From positions 1 to 64,000 of the IMG/VR virus record IMGVR_UViG_2595698668_000001: 64,000 nucleotides of DNA. One strand, written 5' to 3'. This document shows, piece after piece, positions 23,418-35,931 of the stretch. The position numbers and the translations under genes are program-made. The notes beneath the pieces were generated by a model. That model had not been told where the DNA came from and did no database searches. It saw only the letters and a list, made by a program, of their open reading frames with translations. How positions within the stretch are numbered: the stretch's first letter is position 1; each line of letters starts with the position of its first letter. Origin of the DNA: a virus (lineage: Duplodnaviria > Caudoviricetes).

Positions 23418-24210
23418 CTAGATTTTATGTTGTCATAGAAGAAATCAATGGTCTCGCTTTTTTTGATACCAAGTTCACATAGAGCATCAAATGAAAATTT
23501 TATTTTATCGTCGTTCTGTATATGTGGTTTGACTTTTTCGATATCATCTACCATAAACCCAAGATAAAAATAATCCCCGTCACTCATCATCGTATATTCT
23601 TCATAGCATTTATACTTATGAAACGAAGAATCGGATTCTAAAAATTTGTAATATGAGTTTATGTTATCAAATCGAACCACAACAAGAAAGCTATCATCCA
23701 AACGAGGTCGGTTTGGATCCAGTTTCATTCCATCTGGGTAATATTTATCACTCCATTTCAGATACTCTTTTTCCAAATCAATACCTTTCAATGGGTCTTT
23801 AATATCCATTCTTATTTCTCACAATCAAAAATCATGGTCACATCACCAACCACAACTTTAAAATAGTATCCATCTGATTTAGTAACGAGGGAAACAATGA
23901 CATCTTCGTCACCTACACCATCGACCAATCGAATTTCTGATGTGATTGATTTAATGACATCGGGAGTTATGAAATCGAAAATGTGGTCTTCCAAAATATC
24001 ACGAATTTCATAATCTATACCAACCAACTTTTTAATTTCATAATTTCCATTATGTTCATATTCTTTAATATTGATGTTTAGCTTTTTACCAATACCAAGC
24101 TTTCCACTTACTTCACAAGGAACATCCACTACGAAATCCCCTTCTACAACTACATGTTCATTCATTTTCATTTCCCTTAAGGTTATTGGGTATTGCCATT
24201 AAAAATACCT

Positions 24211-24942
24211 TTATTTCAAATTGTTAAAGTATCGAAGATGTTTGGGATTATCCACATCCACAGGACGAACTCGTTTACTCTTCTTCTGATCTACGTCGGT
24301 TACGTAAGTAAAGCCATCAACGACCATAATATTTTTCAGACGGTCGTCATGAGTACTACTTTCGAAATTAATGACGTTTGGAGATACATAGATGAACTTA
24401 TCCAGTTCACAGAAGATTGGATATCCCCCAGCATCTACAATCGCATCTACTGTATTATCAAACATACGTTCGACAATATTGTTAAACTCTTCTTTGTCGA
24501 TGATATCAGTTCTGTTATTGATAGCAGCATAGATAGAATTAACCATCATTCTTGAAATAATTTCATGGGATTTGCTAACACCACGAAACATTTCACGTAC
24601 TTGGTTTAGAGTATCGATCAGAACCTTTAGTTCTGTATTACACACGATAACCTCACCATAATGATTTTGAAGAATCTGGTTGAACATGTGACGGTAACTA
24701 GATTCCCAGATCTTGTTTTCTTTTCCTCCTACAATCAATCGACCTTTGCAACAAGTTGAGCGGATCGGAGTGTTTAGATGGTGAGATGGAACGTTGTGGG
24801 TCTTCACATCCTCAATATACAAAGGGGAATCAGAATTTCCGTAAAAGTGTTTCATCACCAAACTATATTCGTCTTTTCCAATATTGTTTACGAAACCACT
24901 ATCAACCAGTTCATTTACAAATTTAACAATTTTATCAAACAT
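24211..24942 (-). CDS. Degenerate family-B DNA polymerase palm/fingers-like protein
   Basis: SRMMVNSIYA resembles motif B (KxxxNSxYG); YPIFCELDKFIY resembles motif C; WESSYRHMFNQI sits in the motif A position. Confidence 0.45.
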   Translation of the reverse strand: MFDKIVKFVNELVDSGFVNNIGKDEYSLVMKHFYGNSDSPLYIEDVKTHNVPSHHLNTPIRSTCCKGRLIVGGKENKIWESSYRHMFNQILQNHYGEVIVCNTELKVLIDTLNQVREMFRGVSKSHEIISRMMVNSIYAAINNRTDIIDKEEFNNIVERMFDNTVDAIVDAGGYPIFCELDKFIYVSPNVINFESSTHDDRLKNIMVVDGFTYVTDVDQKKSKRVRPVDVDNPKHLRYFNNLK

Positions 24943-25007
24943 CTTTCATTTCCTCACTTAGTTTAGGTAAAGCCCAGTTGGAACACCCTATGGGCTATTT
25001 TCTTTTA

Positions 25008-25313
25008 TCAATCCAGAATATCGAAATCTACAATAATATCAAAGTAACCCATTTCTGATTTGTGAATACTACATGGAGACTGGTCGTCGTTGATAAGACC
25101 AACAACTTCCACCCAATCCCGTCGAATATATGGTGTTGGATTATCCGTGAAATCCATACCAATACTAAAATCCACATCGAATGGTTGAAGACCAAGACTA
25201 GCAATACGCTGTTTATATTTTTCGATGATGTCTTTAGAATCACCAGTCAAAATCGGGTTTACGGAATTAACATATTGATTGATACTTTCTTGACTTTTAA
25301 ATTTCATCTTCAT
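25008..25313 (-). CDS. MKIRFK-family paralog
   Basis: MKFKSQESINQY...GLQPFDV...IHKSEMGYFD. Confidence 0.75.
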   Translation of the reverse strand: MKMKFKSQESINQYVNSVNPILTGDSKDIIEKYKQRIASLGLQPFDVDFSIGMDFTDNPTPYIRRDWVEVVGLINDDQSPCSIHKSEMGYFDIIVDFDILD

Positions 25314-26160
25314 CTTTATTTTTCCTTCTGATGTTACTTTACAATATATTTTACATTACATTCTTCAAACACACAACGATAATCACTAGGGTTCATCTCA
25401 ATCCATTCTGGGAGTGATGTATCCATATCTGGAATATCCCATACATGAAGAACGTTGTCAATATATTTGAAGCTATCACTGTGTAGTTCGTTATCCCATT
25501 CCCAGACCATAACGAATGCACCATTTTGGGGCATAGTATCAACTATTTTCATTTGGTAATTCCCACACAACACACACTTTACCCATCTCTATGAAATCAT
25601 AAGAATCGGTATAAAACCCATTTATACCAGAATCATGATAAATCCCAAGATGGAAACAATCACGAGAATCCTTGAATAAATACTCTCGACCTTCCTTTAA
25701 TTCATAATGGTTAGCTACTTTAAACGACATGGGGTTCATCCTTCTCAGAAACTAAGGATGGAACAAACCCATCTTCTGCCATTTTTTGGAAGACGCCCGG
25801 ATTTGCCATAGCTTCTTTTAGCTTTTCTTCGAAATAGATATCATCCATCTTCATCAATTCATCGAATGCCTTTTCCATAGCTTTCTCTTTTGACATCATA
25901 TTAGTTGTCCTTGTTTTCACTTGGTAAAGTTGACGGATCCACAACAACCCCAAACTTGAGATACTTACGGGCGGCAAGATCCTTTGAATCTCCAACCGCT
26001 GGTTTTCCATCATCCAGCTCACTCATCATACGCTCGTATAACTCTCGTGTAAACGCTTTATGGAAGCGCCAAGCATAAAGAACTCCATCAGGTTGTTCAA
26101 TCCATTGGTAAGGGCCTACGGTCATCCCATCTTCTATATGGGCTTCTTTGACAATCAGTT

Positions 26161-26714
26161 TCATTTCATTACCCTAACGATAGTATCACACCAAGGGATA
26201 TCGGTTTCTACGGTAGCAATAGTTTCAGTATCGAATCCCGGCTTATCATCCAACCAGTAACCAAGAGAACTATGTGGGCGATTAATAAACGCAAATACAG
26301 TCCCGCCATCATTCATCGCAACCCACCCGTCTTTGAACTTGTATGGGACGATAAGACAAATCCCATGAAAGTCAACAGGAATATAGTTGTAGTTGACATA
26401 TTTAATTTTCATTTTCTCTATTCCATATATTTTTTAACGCGATTATCACTAATACATACCAGTGTTTTACTTGGATGGATATCCGTATCTACTTTTGCGA
26501 CACAAATATCGTCTCTATGTTGATATGTATCAGACCAATACTCACCATTGAAAAGTGGTGGATGTATATATGCCACAACGGTTCCATCATAATTCATTGC
26601 CAGAAAACCATAAAGGTATTTCATGGGTAAAGTCAACTTAACCCCGTGGAAATCTACCCCGAAAGTAGGACATACGTTGTTATGAGAAACTAGTTTCATA
26701 ATCACACCTCCCAT
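26161..26714 (-). CDS. Tandem paralog pair (26161..26412 and 26418..26714)
   Basis: Both VDFHG..L..P.K...G..AMN..GTV.A.I..P...YW.D...A.V.TDI. Confidence 0.8.
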
Positions 26715-28178
26715 AGATCATATCACCAACAAATCGAACAAAAACTATTAGAATACCAAGACACCAGAAAATAACCAAGACACCAAGATTTTCCAAAAAC
26801 TTTTTGGTCTCCAAAGTTTCTACGTTGATCAAGAACTGATGACCCTTCATATCAACTTTTTTACGAACCTCTTGTCGTGGATATTCCTTGGTAATGTACT
26901 TACCATACTCAGCAATAAGCTTATCAGACTCGTAATTACTGAATCCACTGATATCAAAGTCGCATACAAGCATACCCTTTTGTGTGTGTTCTGGTTCGTA
27001 ATAACACTCTTCTAAGGTAGCTGGGATATCGACATACTTTATTTCTGGACTTTCAACAATATACCCGAAAACTAAGAACGTGTAAATCCAGAACAAGATG
27101 GTGAATTTTTTCATTCGTTTCGTGCCTTATACATCTCGTGGTAGTTTGCAATTATCTTTTCAACAACCAATGGTGTTTTCTCTAACATCAAATCTATAAA
27201 GTTGCACATTTCCTCATCAGCTTGGATGAAAGGATCTGGTCCATCGATAGAGACCATACTATGGTACAAAGATACTTTCTCGATATGGAGAATACCAATC
27301 TTCCGCAACAGATTTTTTGTTACCTCAGAACGGATATATTTTTCGGTATAAAACCCACCAGCAAAGCTGTTATCTTGAAAATATTGGCATGTATTGACAC
27401 GACGTTTAAAAATCCATCCAACTACCATAGTTTCGTTCAGTCGGAGATTGACGCGGATATTAACCGCGTCGTTTACCATTGACATGATTTTGGTATAGTT
27501 TTCGATAGCCCTTTCTAACTGGGATTGGTTTATAGTTTTTAGACTCATGATATCCCTTAGATGGTTACATCATATTTATTTTTTGCTTCGGTTCGGATCT
27601 TGTATGCTTCTTGTTGAAAACTGTGATACGTAGTCCGATTGCGGCGAGACAGATCACTAACTTCTCTCAACCGGATATCTAGATTTTTTTGTTCTTCGTC
27701 AAGTTCACGAAGCTTACAACTGATTTCAAACAGTTTATCTTTTGCTTCTTGAATAGCCGGTTCATTTTTGGTGAATGATGCATTACCGGATGGCTTACCA
27801 ACCTTCACAACAAAGGTAATTAAATCACCAACGTTGATAGTTGATACCTTGAATACTTGACCAAGCAGATCGGCAACTTCTTTAGCAATATGTTTGTTCT
27901 TGGTTGTAACCCGAACACCATATTTTTCTCGGATCAGGGTGCAGTTGGCAAAACGAGAATATACATATTGGTTTCGTTCTGCTTTGTTCGCGAGAGGGTA
28001 GTACAACGGACCCAGAATAGACTGGACAGATTTACCACCAACCAGAATATTTTTATTGATAACACCACTCAGGAAGTCAAACAGTTCCATTGTGTTGGTA
28101 ACGTGGGTCTTGATGAGGCTAATACGTTTGGAGATAGCAACAGATTTATCGGTTTTGGTAGTTTTCTTAAACATGGGA

Positions 28179-28397
28179 TTATCCTTGATTAAATACGGTT
28201 TTAACTGTCTTCATTTTACCACATTCTTTACAACATACAATAACAACTTGTTCTTTTTGTGTCATTGCTAGAAGGGCTTCTACGTTTTTAGGTCGTTCTA
28301 ATTGTCCGGTCAATCTAGCAATTTGTTCTGCTGGACTTTCTGACGTATATTCAAAGATCACTTTCATATCGTGTTTACAAAATAGGGATTTGAACAT
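28179..28397 (-). CDS. Small Cys/His zinc-finger-like protein
   Basis: LFCKH...CKECGK. Confidence 0.6.
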   Translation of the reverse strand: MFKSLFCKHDMKVIFEYTSESPAEQIARLTGQLERPKNVEALLAMTQKEQVVIVCCKECGKMKTVKTVFNQG

Positions 28398-30313
28398 TAA
28401 TTAATTTCCTTACCAGTAATAGCATCAACAAAATAGAAGTGATTGATATTATCATCTTCGATGATATGTTTCATAATGTTAGAAAACAAATCAGATTCCA
28501 TATCAAATACATCGGAAGAATAACCACCTTTGTAACTGGGTGCTCCCCACGAAAAAGACTCTTTAACAGGACGAACAATCATCCCAGTTGTAGTTACACA
28601 ATAGATATAAACATGGTTATGTGATTCTGCTTCTTCTATCAACTTATCGATGTTATCAAAAACAAACTCCGCATCAACGACTACACCACGGGGAACAAAA
28701 TGGCACAGTTGGCGATCCGACTTTAAGACAAAAATCCGATGGTCATCCGGGGAAAATGCGGTACAAGTATAAAACAAAGGTGTTCCATCGACCTCAATCA
28801 AACGATGGTTTTGACCGAACATACCAACAGTGGAGAAACCAAAATTGGTGATTCTAATATTCATAATAAATTCCTCATTGGTGATTGATTTCGTTGTATG
28901 GATACTATCTCATACCACTATTTTGATGTCAACTTGTTTATTACATACTTGCCTGAATTTTTTCGATCTTTAATTCGAGATCGATAATCTCAGACCTCAA
29001 CTCTTCACATTGAATACGTTTCATCAGAGTCACTGGTGATGGTAGCGTAGGCCAGTCTTCTACGTCGTCAACGTGTTCTGAAAACTTAGAGTTACAAGCA
29101 GAATATTTGTCATGGTCGATAAAGATTCCTATGTGATATTGGTGGAGTGCTGTTTCCAATTCATAGTTAGCAATACGAGCCGGGTCGTAACAGTCCAGTA
29201 GTTCTAGCGCCTGTTCACGGGTAATCTTTTGGAGTGGTACTTTTACTTTGTGATATACGTCGTCATAACCACACACGTCCCAAATAACATAATTCTTACC
29301 AAATGTGTAGGTTTCAACACAAGCTACTTCACCACCACACATTTCATTTAGATCTTTATAACGCATATCAATACCTCGGATTAATTGTTAGATGGAAATA
29401 GTCGCCACTACACATGTTACCATACGCTTTGACTCCATCGATGTAAACCGATAAACGACCCCCATCATAACTAATCTCAACACGTTGGAGGTTTTTTACT
29501 TTTACCTCTTCTGTGGAAACATCACCAGATTGATAATCTTCAAAAATGATATCACTCATTTCTTTACCCCTTTAATACGGTTGTATTCTGCTACGATGAT
29601 AGGTGTTTGTGCTTTGGCAATATCCTTGGCTTCCATATCATCAACGATTTCGTTTACCATATTGAAGATAGTACTATTGATTTCTTCCTTGGTCAACCCC
29701 CAATCGAAATAGTCTTTCAGAATAGGGTCTTTCTTCATCATACCATTCAGACGTTCCATCGCATATTTGACATGTGCTTGGAGTTCTGCGGTTTTTTCAA
29801 CGAACACGATTGACTTAATATTTTTGTGAAATTGTTCCAAAACAAGAACTTCATTCATAACCGTTCGAAGATCACGAAGCACACCAACCTCTAGTGCATA
29901 AAGTTCTTCACATATGGTTGCAATACGAGCCTCGGCCTTTTTCTGTTGGCTGGTTGGATTTACCAACCCTGCGAAAATTTCCGATGGTGGATACATAGCA
30001 GTTTTCTTACAGAACACATCAAAAACAGAACTACGGAAATGTGGGTAATTCTTCATTCTTATTCTCCAAACTTAATATTGCGAGGGAAAGAAAAACCTGT
30101 TACTTCCTCATAACGATTACGGAAATCCTCTGCCCAATCTTCGGTCTTCTTACCACTGATATGTGCGTAGAATGATTCCTCGTCACCAAAAGAAATTTCG
30201 ATGGTTTCCATACACCGACGTTCGTGAGCAACCAACATATATGGCACAACTTCGCTACTGGGAGTTCCTACTGGATAATCAAGAATATCTTTCATATTTG
30301 TCTCCTTTATTTT

Positions 30314-30351
30314 GACGGGGCTAGTGTCTCATAACCCCGTCCCGTTGTCAA
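30314..30351 (-). promoter_or_regulatory. Early promoter with inverted repeat enclosing the -10 box
   Basis: TTGACA-N17-GACACT; GACGGGG...CCCCGTC arms. Confidence 0.7.
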
Positions 30352-31176
30352 CCGTAAACATCAAAGAATTTTTCTAGTTCCCAATCATATACACAAATTG
30401 GTAAAGGAATAAAATCGTCTTCGTGGGGTACAAAGAACATGTATCCCTGTGGTGTACGTTGGGAAATATCCTCAGTAACGTACACAATGTTATTCATGAA
30501 AAAATGTTTAAATAGTTCTTCGTTCATTTCTTTGATATCTGGCGTTTCTGCACTATCAATAAAACCAGCATAATCCCTCAAAATAACACGTTTCATTTTA
30601 TACCCTTACATATTCAATGATAACTTTTTCTACCGGTTTTACTTCGAATACTTCAACCATATCAGGTTCATTTTCGAATGGACGTTCATCCTGCATTTCT
30701 GTGAGACCTACGCTATAATTAACAGCCCAACAACGGTCGTCACCAATCATACGAAATACCATAGTATGGTATTCAGACCAGCGACCAGATCCAGTCACTT
30801 CATTATCCAGAACTTCCCATCCTTCCGGACAATCGTCCCAACACATCTCTCGCAAAATACTTTTTTCTACTTTCATTTCATAGCACCTTCAATAGTTTCG
30901 GAAAGACAGGCACCGCCGTTGTACCACAAAGAAACAAAGCTAACAGTACCATCTTCGTTCTGTTCGATATCTGTGTAACCACATGAGTCAAGTTCTTTAT
31001 ACTCCAAAACCCGATACACTTTTTTATGCAAAATCATAAACTCTGTTTCTGTTACAAGTTCATAAAATGCATCATGTGGATCACAACTCTCATTTCGCCA
31101 ATCTGGATAATTCGCTTCCATAAAAGGCTCTACTTCCAAACCAGTTGTAATAACCTTACCTTTCACAAATTCCATA

Positions 31177-31653
31177 CTACTCATCGTTATACCTCATAAA
31201 ATATGCATACATGGAATGGTTAGTATCATTAGTAACCTCTTCCTTAAACCAGTATGGAATTTTATCAAAAGCCAATGCTTCTTCCACACTATTAAACTCG
31301 ATTTCCGCATACACACACGGAAAATCTTCCATCAGATCAACTTCGATAGTTACATCTTCACATGGAATTTTATATCTGGTCTTTCTAACAGGCTTACTAT
31401 TTTGGTTGTTGACGATTTTCCAAAATTCGTCATGTTCCATATCAGTTTCTATTTCTTCGCGATCCAACCCGAAACCAGTTTTGATAGTTTTGATATACCA
31501 ATGACTACCATAATAATCCTCACAATGGCGATAACGAATACCGTCAACATACCACTGTTCTTGGTGTTCAAGTTCTTCCTCGAACATGTCAATCGCATAC
31601 CATGGGATCATAGGTCTATCAACCACCCATTTCCTTTCAATCTCACGAGCCAT
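31177..31653 (-). CDS. CYTH-domain protein (triphosphate tunnel metalloenzyme)
   Basis: EIERKW (ExExK), REEIE, RKTRY, EVD, AEIEF, WFxEEVT motifs. Confidence 0.9.
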   Translation of the reverse strand: MAREIERKWVVDRPMIPWYAIDMFEEELEHQEQWYVDGIRYRHCEDYYGSHWYIKTIKTGFGLDREEIETDMEHDEFWKIVNNQNSKPVRKTRYKIPCEDVTIEVDLMEDFPCVYAEIEFNSVEEALAFDKIPYWFKEEVTNDTNHSMYAYFMRYNDE

Positions 31654-32050
31654 TTATTACACCTTTGATCTGGTTTTGAATCTTTTTACCCCATGGTGTC
31701 TCTGCACCAGATATATCAATTACTGTGTGATTCCAAAATTTACGATTTGATTTCACATCTTGGAACTTCCCATCATGAGAAACCCTGTAGTCAAATAACC
31801 AACCACTACGTACAAATGAAGGAACTCTAATATCCTTAAAAGCACTCTGGATCTTGTCATCATTCTTAGCAAACGTAATAACAGCCTTGTTTATAGTTTC
31901 TTTTAAGTCACAACCTTTTGTAAATGTGACTGGGATCTCTGGGGTATCAATTAACACCAGACAATTCATAGAATCGTAATAAGAGATCTCTACAACAAGA
32001 TCTAGTGTATCAGTTTTCTTGAACCAATTTAACATTTTTACTCCTTAAAA

Positions 32051-32242
32051 TACGAACGTAGTGAGTACGCCTTCGGCGGTTCGCTTCGCTCTCTAATTAT
32101 AGATCTTCTATATAAATACTTATAGAGATTTTATATTTTGATTTCAAGTGATACTACATCATAGGAAGCTCTACAATCAATTCTATTCACAACCCATACA
32201 AAATTATAGGAATACTTTTAAAATCGATTGTAGAGCTTCCTA
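32051..32242. other. Structured non-coding island (candidate replication origin or structured leader)
   Basis: 17-bp perfect inverted repeat 32162-32178/32226-32242; AT-rich tract with TATAAATA (+, 32111-32118); clustered GCGAAGC/CCGAAGG mini-hairpins on the minus strand. Confidence 0.55.
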
Positions 32243-32251
32243 GGGGCTTAA

Positions 32252-32515
32252 TTAAACGAAATCTAGGTAATTATCTACTTCATCTTTGAACATGACTGAG
32301 AAATCGGAATCTTCGTCGAATGGTTGAAATCCATTGACTGATTTGATTTCATTTTTATCAGTCAATTCTACCTCAAATACCTCGTCTGGTGCAATATCAG
32401 CAAAAATATCATGTACTTCCTTGCTTGCCCACGAGGTTTCTGATGTCACAATTTCATCGCTAATTGTGGACATAAATTCATCATAACATTGGTCACTTTT
32501 AAAACGTGCTTTCAT
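32252..32515 (-). CDS. MKIRFK-family paralog
   Basis: MKARFKSDQCYDEF...VFEVE...FKDEVDNYLD. Confidence 0.75.
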   Translation of the reverse strand: MKARFKSDQCYDEFMSTISDEIVTSETSWASKEVHDIFADIAPDEVFEVELTDKNEIKSVNGFQPFDEDSDFSVMFKDEVDNYLDFV

Positions 32516-32518
32516 TTT

Positions 32519-33291
32519 TTATTCCTCGATAACAAAAATTTTATAATTGGATGGGAACATAAGTTCAATCAATGGGAATTTAATTTCTGGCATACGGGCA
32601 ATCGCAACCATGTCACCTTCCGCAATGAAATCCTCAGAGCGAATGACTCCTTGTTCTACCCAAATCGCAGTAAACATTCCGCTGTCTGGGTAGAACAAGG
32701 ATTCTACTAGTTTGGGTTCTTTCAATTTCACCTCTTGGCGTGGTGGATCAACCTCAACAATCACCCCTTCCATGATATCATTCATACTAAACATCAACCA
32801 ACCAGTAATCCCGATACCATTAACTGTATCAACGGTCTGTTCCCATCGTTCACTCATAACACATTCCATCGGTGTTTTGGTATCGTAAATTTCGTCAACG
32901 ATTGACTTGTATTGGTCTAGATCAAATCCAAGTTGCTTATAAAAATCCTTTTTCCAGTTTTCTTTAGATTTGTCATCTTTCCACACAAAATATCGTACTT
33001 TCATTTGAAAAGTTTCTCCACTTCGTCTTTCGATAATTCTACCAAAAATTTTTCGATGTCGTCGGTTGTGAAGATCGATATACCGTAATCGTAATCGATA
33101 CCATCGATTTTCATTACATGGTTTCGACCTTGGTAGATATCACACCCACACACAAGAACATCGAGATTCATCACATCGTTGGAGATTTCAACTAGCTTTT
33201 GATAACCACTGGCGGAAATAGACCATTTGTCTTTCGACGATTCATCCTTCCAACGATACACACGCAATACATGATTACTCATATCAATCAA
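32519..33291 (-). CDS. Tandem paralog pair (32519..33004 and 33001..33291)
   Basis: WKDDKSKENW/WKDESSKDKW...VNGI/IDGI...FSMNDI/FTTDDI. Confidence 0.75.
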
Positions 33292-33293
33292 CC

Positions 33294-33548
33294 TTATTCA
33301 AACCGGATGGTGGAATTTTTAAAGAGCAAACCAGAGCAAACAGCACCGTTTACAACCTGACCGGATGCCTTGTTGACTGCGGTAAACTTGGTTGCGAAGG
33401 TATCTTTTTCACTGCAACTAAACCAAGCATAACCGCCAACATGGACGTTGGTATATCCGTTTTGAGTCAATACACGGCGGGCACCGTCCGCATCAGTACA
33501 GGCAGACAGGGACAGTACAGCAAGAATTGCGATAATCATCTTTTTCAT
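33294..33548 (-). CDS. Conserved phage lipoprotein
   Basis: LSLSA-C lipobox; GYAWFSCSEKD...VCSG...TIRF pattern of a widespread phage lipoprotein family. Confidence 0.8.
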   Translation of the reverse strand: MKKMIIAILAVLSLSACTDADGARRVLTQNGYTNVHVGGYAWFSCSEKDTFATKFTAVNKASGQVVNGAVCSGLLFKNSTIRFE

Positions 33549-34643
33549 TTCGATCTCTCCATTTGTTCAATTAAAATACTAAGTCCAGACACAGAATCTT
33601 CAAGAAGGTCTACGTTTTCACTCTGGAATACATCTGAGTTTACTATAGCCAAGATACCAAGTAAAGTACCTATTACCAAATATTTCATTATTCTACACCG
33701 GTTACCGATTCAAACTTACCTTCTGTAATAAGGAAGGTGATCTTGTCTGAACAATGATACACCATTTTTACGGGAACTTTACTACCGATCTTGAATTCAT
33801 ATTCTACACGAACCACACCAGAATTAAAAGTGGTTTCAACAATTTCGATTTTCCCCAAGTGTTCTTTACGAAGGTCTTTCAAGGTACGGACAATATCAAA
33901 CTTCAATTCGTCCGGAATGGCCGCAACCGCATCATAAAAGTCCTGTTCCTGAACTTTTCGGATCTGGCTTTTGATTACGTTGACGAATTTTTCGATTGAT
34001 TTATTGTTTACGTTGTCAATACGAGATTGTTTCATTTTTAGCTCCTAGATTTGAATGTAAACATTACAGAAACGTGTGGGCTTCTATCGTGGGTTGGGAC
34101 AACAGACCAACATAATACATCATAACCTTTGGTAGATGCAATAGGATCTAGATCATTCAGTAAAGATTCTACGGAGTTCTCAAATGCCCGATATTCATAT
34201 TTTTTCAGAGACTCAAATTCTCTTGACAGTTGAACAAATGATTTTACAACAAATTTACCAGTCCACATAATTAAACCCTCTCCAACATTGGAAGAATAAG
34301 AGTGTGCAACATATCCATGTAAGTCTGATGGTAGATGTCTTGATGGATCTCTTTGAGATATTCCATGGTGTCCCGCCCGTTGAAAGACCAGCTAACAACC
34401 GCAGCATTATCAATCTCTCGCAACGGGTTTCCGTTGAAATTAACAATGATGAAATTCTCACTTCGTGGGATCTCGATGAGCCATTCGTTTTTCCCAGCCA
34501 ATGATTTACCTTTTGAAACCACGACTTTTCGTACATCTTCATTGATAAATTGGATTTTCATAAAACACCTCTCGTTTGTTTGAGAACCCATAGTACCAGA
34601 AACAAAAATGGAGTCAAGCGATTTCTCGCAAGACCCCATAAAA

Positions 34644-34976
34644 TTATTTCTTGAGCATACCAGTAAGTTTGTGGTGTGCTAGGTTAAAGCTTTGTTGTGT
34701 ATCTGACTGAGACCGTTTCCAAGTAATCTTACCAAAATCCTCAATAGGACTGATGTTTACCTTGGTAATATCTACGTTTTCTTTCACCCAACGTTTCCAT
34801 TCCCCCATCTGGATTTCGTGGAATCGTTTAGCTTCGCGCATACCAGCAGTATTCATTTTTGCTTGAACACTGTTCAACATAGAAATGTATTGGTTTACAA
34901 TCCGGTTGTAATCCTTGGATGTTTTCATTTGAAACGATTCATCGATACGTTCGAAAAATTCTTTGTTCTTAATCAT
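34644..34976 (-). CDS. Putative internal head protein
   Basis: MIKNKEFFERIDE-S N-terminus resembles a T4 capsid-targeting sequence with an I-x-E cleavage site; basic body. Confidence 0.5.
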   Translation of the reverse strand: MIKNKEFFERIDESFQMKTSKDYNRIVNQYISMLNSVQAKMNTAGMREAKRFHEIQMGEWKRWVKENVDITKVNISPIEDFGKITWKRSQSDTQQSFNLAHHKLTGMLKK

Positions 34977-34987
34977 TTTAGTAATCC

Positions 34988-35902
34988 TCAGAACTTATTA
35001 GCAGCAACGCGATCATACACAATGACTTTCTTAAATTTGGTTGGCTTTTCGAAATCTTTATCGTCATCACTGTCATTGTCTGGAAAAGCTACCGTACCTT
35101 TTTTAAGGTCTAGTTTGACCACAAAGGTTTTTTGATCACCAAAACGTCCCCCTCCGCTCATATCTACACGAACAACCCCTTTACCAAAATATTTGGTATC
35201 ATGGCTATCTGGAATCATAAGTGCAAAAGTTTTATTGTTTGGCATAAGAAGATGACCAAATTGTGCAATAGAACCAGTTTCACGTTCTTTAGCTGGGGTA
35301 TCACTATATTCAATGATACCAAGGCTTTCGTTAATCGTCATAGCTTCCATCAATTCTTCTTCGATGTCAAAGATTATAACAGAATCTATATCATGTTCAA
35401 GTAATTCTTTTGCTTCGTTTAACATACCAACGAATTCATCTTGGATCATTAGGTATTCAACCATAGATTCCATCATTGCGCTTTTTTGACCAGCAGCAGT
35501 TTGTTTATGAGAGATCTTACCACCGGTTCCTTTTGGGAACACAGTAACAATATTGATTTCGCGACCTTTTACAGAACCAACTACAGAACGGTTTTCAGAT
35601 TGGGAATGGAACATATAAGTACCACTCTTAATCTTGTTTGCTTCTACGTGTTTTACCATCTTACGAGCAAAATCTTTCCACTCTTCCGCCGTTTTAGCAG
35701 CAGCTCGTTGGTGTGCACGGGCTTGAGCATGGACAGAACTTTGAACTTTAAACGCACCAACTCGCATAGAGACAGGTAGCTTTGATTGTTTACTAAGTTC
35801 AAATTCCTGATCTTTAGTAAGTTCGACCTTTTGATTTCGGCTTTGTGCCATTTGTTCGTCAAACCGGGTCAGGGTTGCGAACAAGTCTTTAGTTTTCAAC
35901 AT
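34988..35902 (-). CDS. Putative late, protease-processed internal protein with a BECR/RelE-like domain
   Basis: Start MLKTKDLF with AAGGA SD; SVHAQARAHQR...INIVTV; acidic linker rich in [LIM]-x-E sites. Confidence 0.5.
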   Translation of the reverse strand: MLKTKDLFATLTRFDEQMAQSRNQKVELTKDQEFELSKQSKLPVSMRVGAFKVQSSVHAQARAHQRAAAKTAEEWKDFARKMVKHVEANKIKSGTYMFHSQSENRSVVGSVKGREINIVTVFPKGTGGKISHKQTAAGQKSAMMESMVEYLMIQDEFVGMLNEAKELLEHDIDSVIIFDIEEELMEAMTINESLGIIEYSDTPAKERETGSIAQFGHLLMPNNKTFALMIPDSHDTKYFGKGVVRVDMSGGGRFGDQKTFVVKLDLKKGTVAFPDNDSDDDKDFEKPTKFKKVIVYDRVAANKF

Positions 35903-35931
35903 GTTGTTTTCCTTTCGTAGATCTACATATC

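Noticed and set aside
23812-24171. Faint resemblance to tail sheath C-terminal or gp25 helices (IRDILEDHIFDF...)
   Set aside because: Only a short amphipathic pattern; not supportable by eye
32051-32242. Possible tRNA or known ncRNA
   Set aside because: No cloverleaf, T-loop or CCA; no tRNA was seen anywhere in the window
33294-33548. Calling this lipoprotein Cor or a spanin
   Set aside because: The sequence does not match the Cor pattern and there is no adjacent i-spanin or lysis gene
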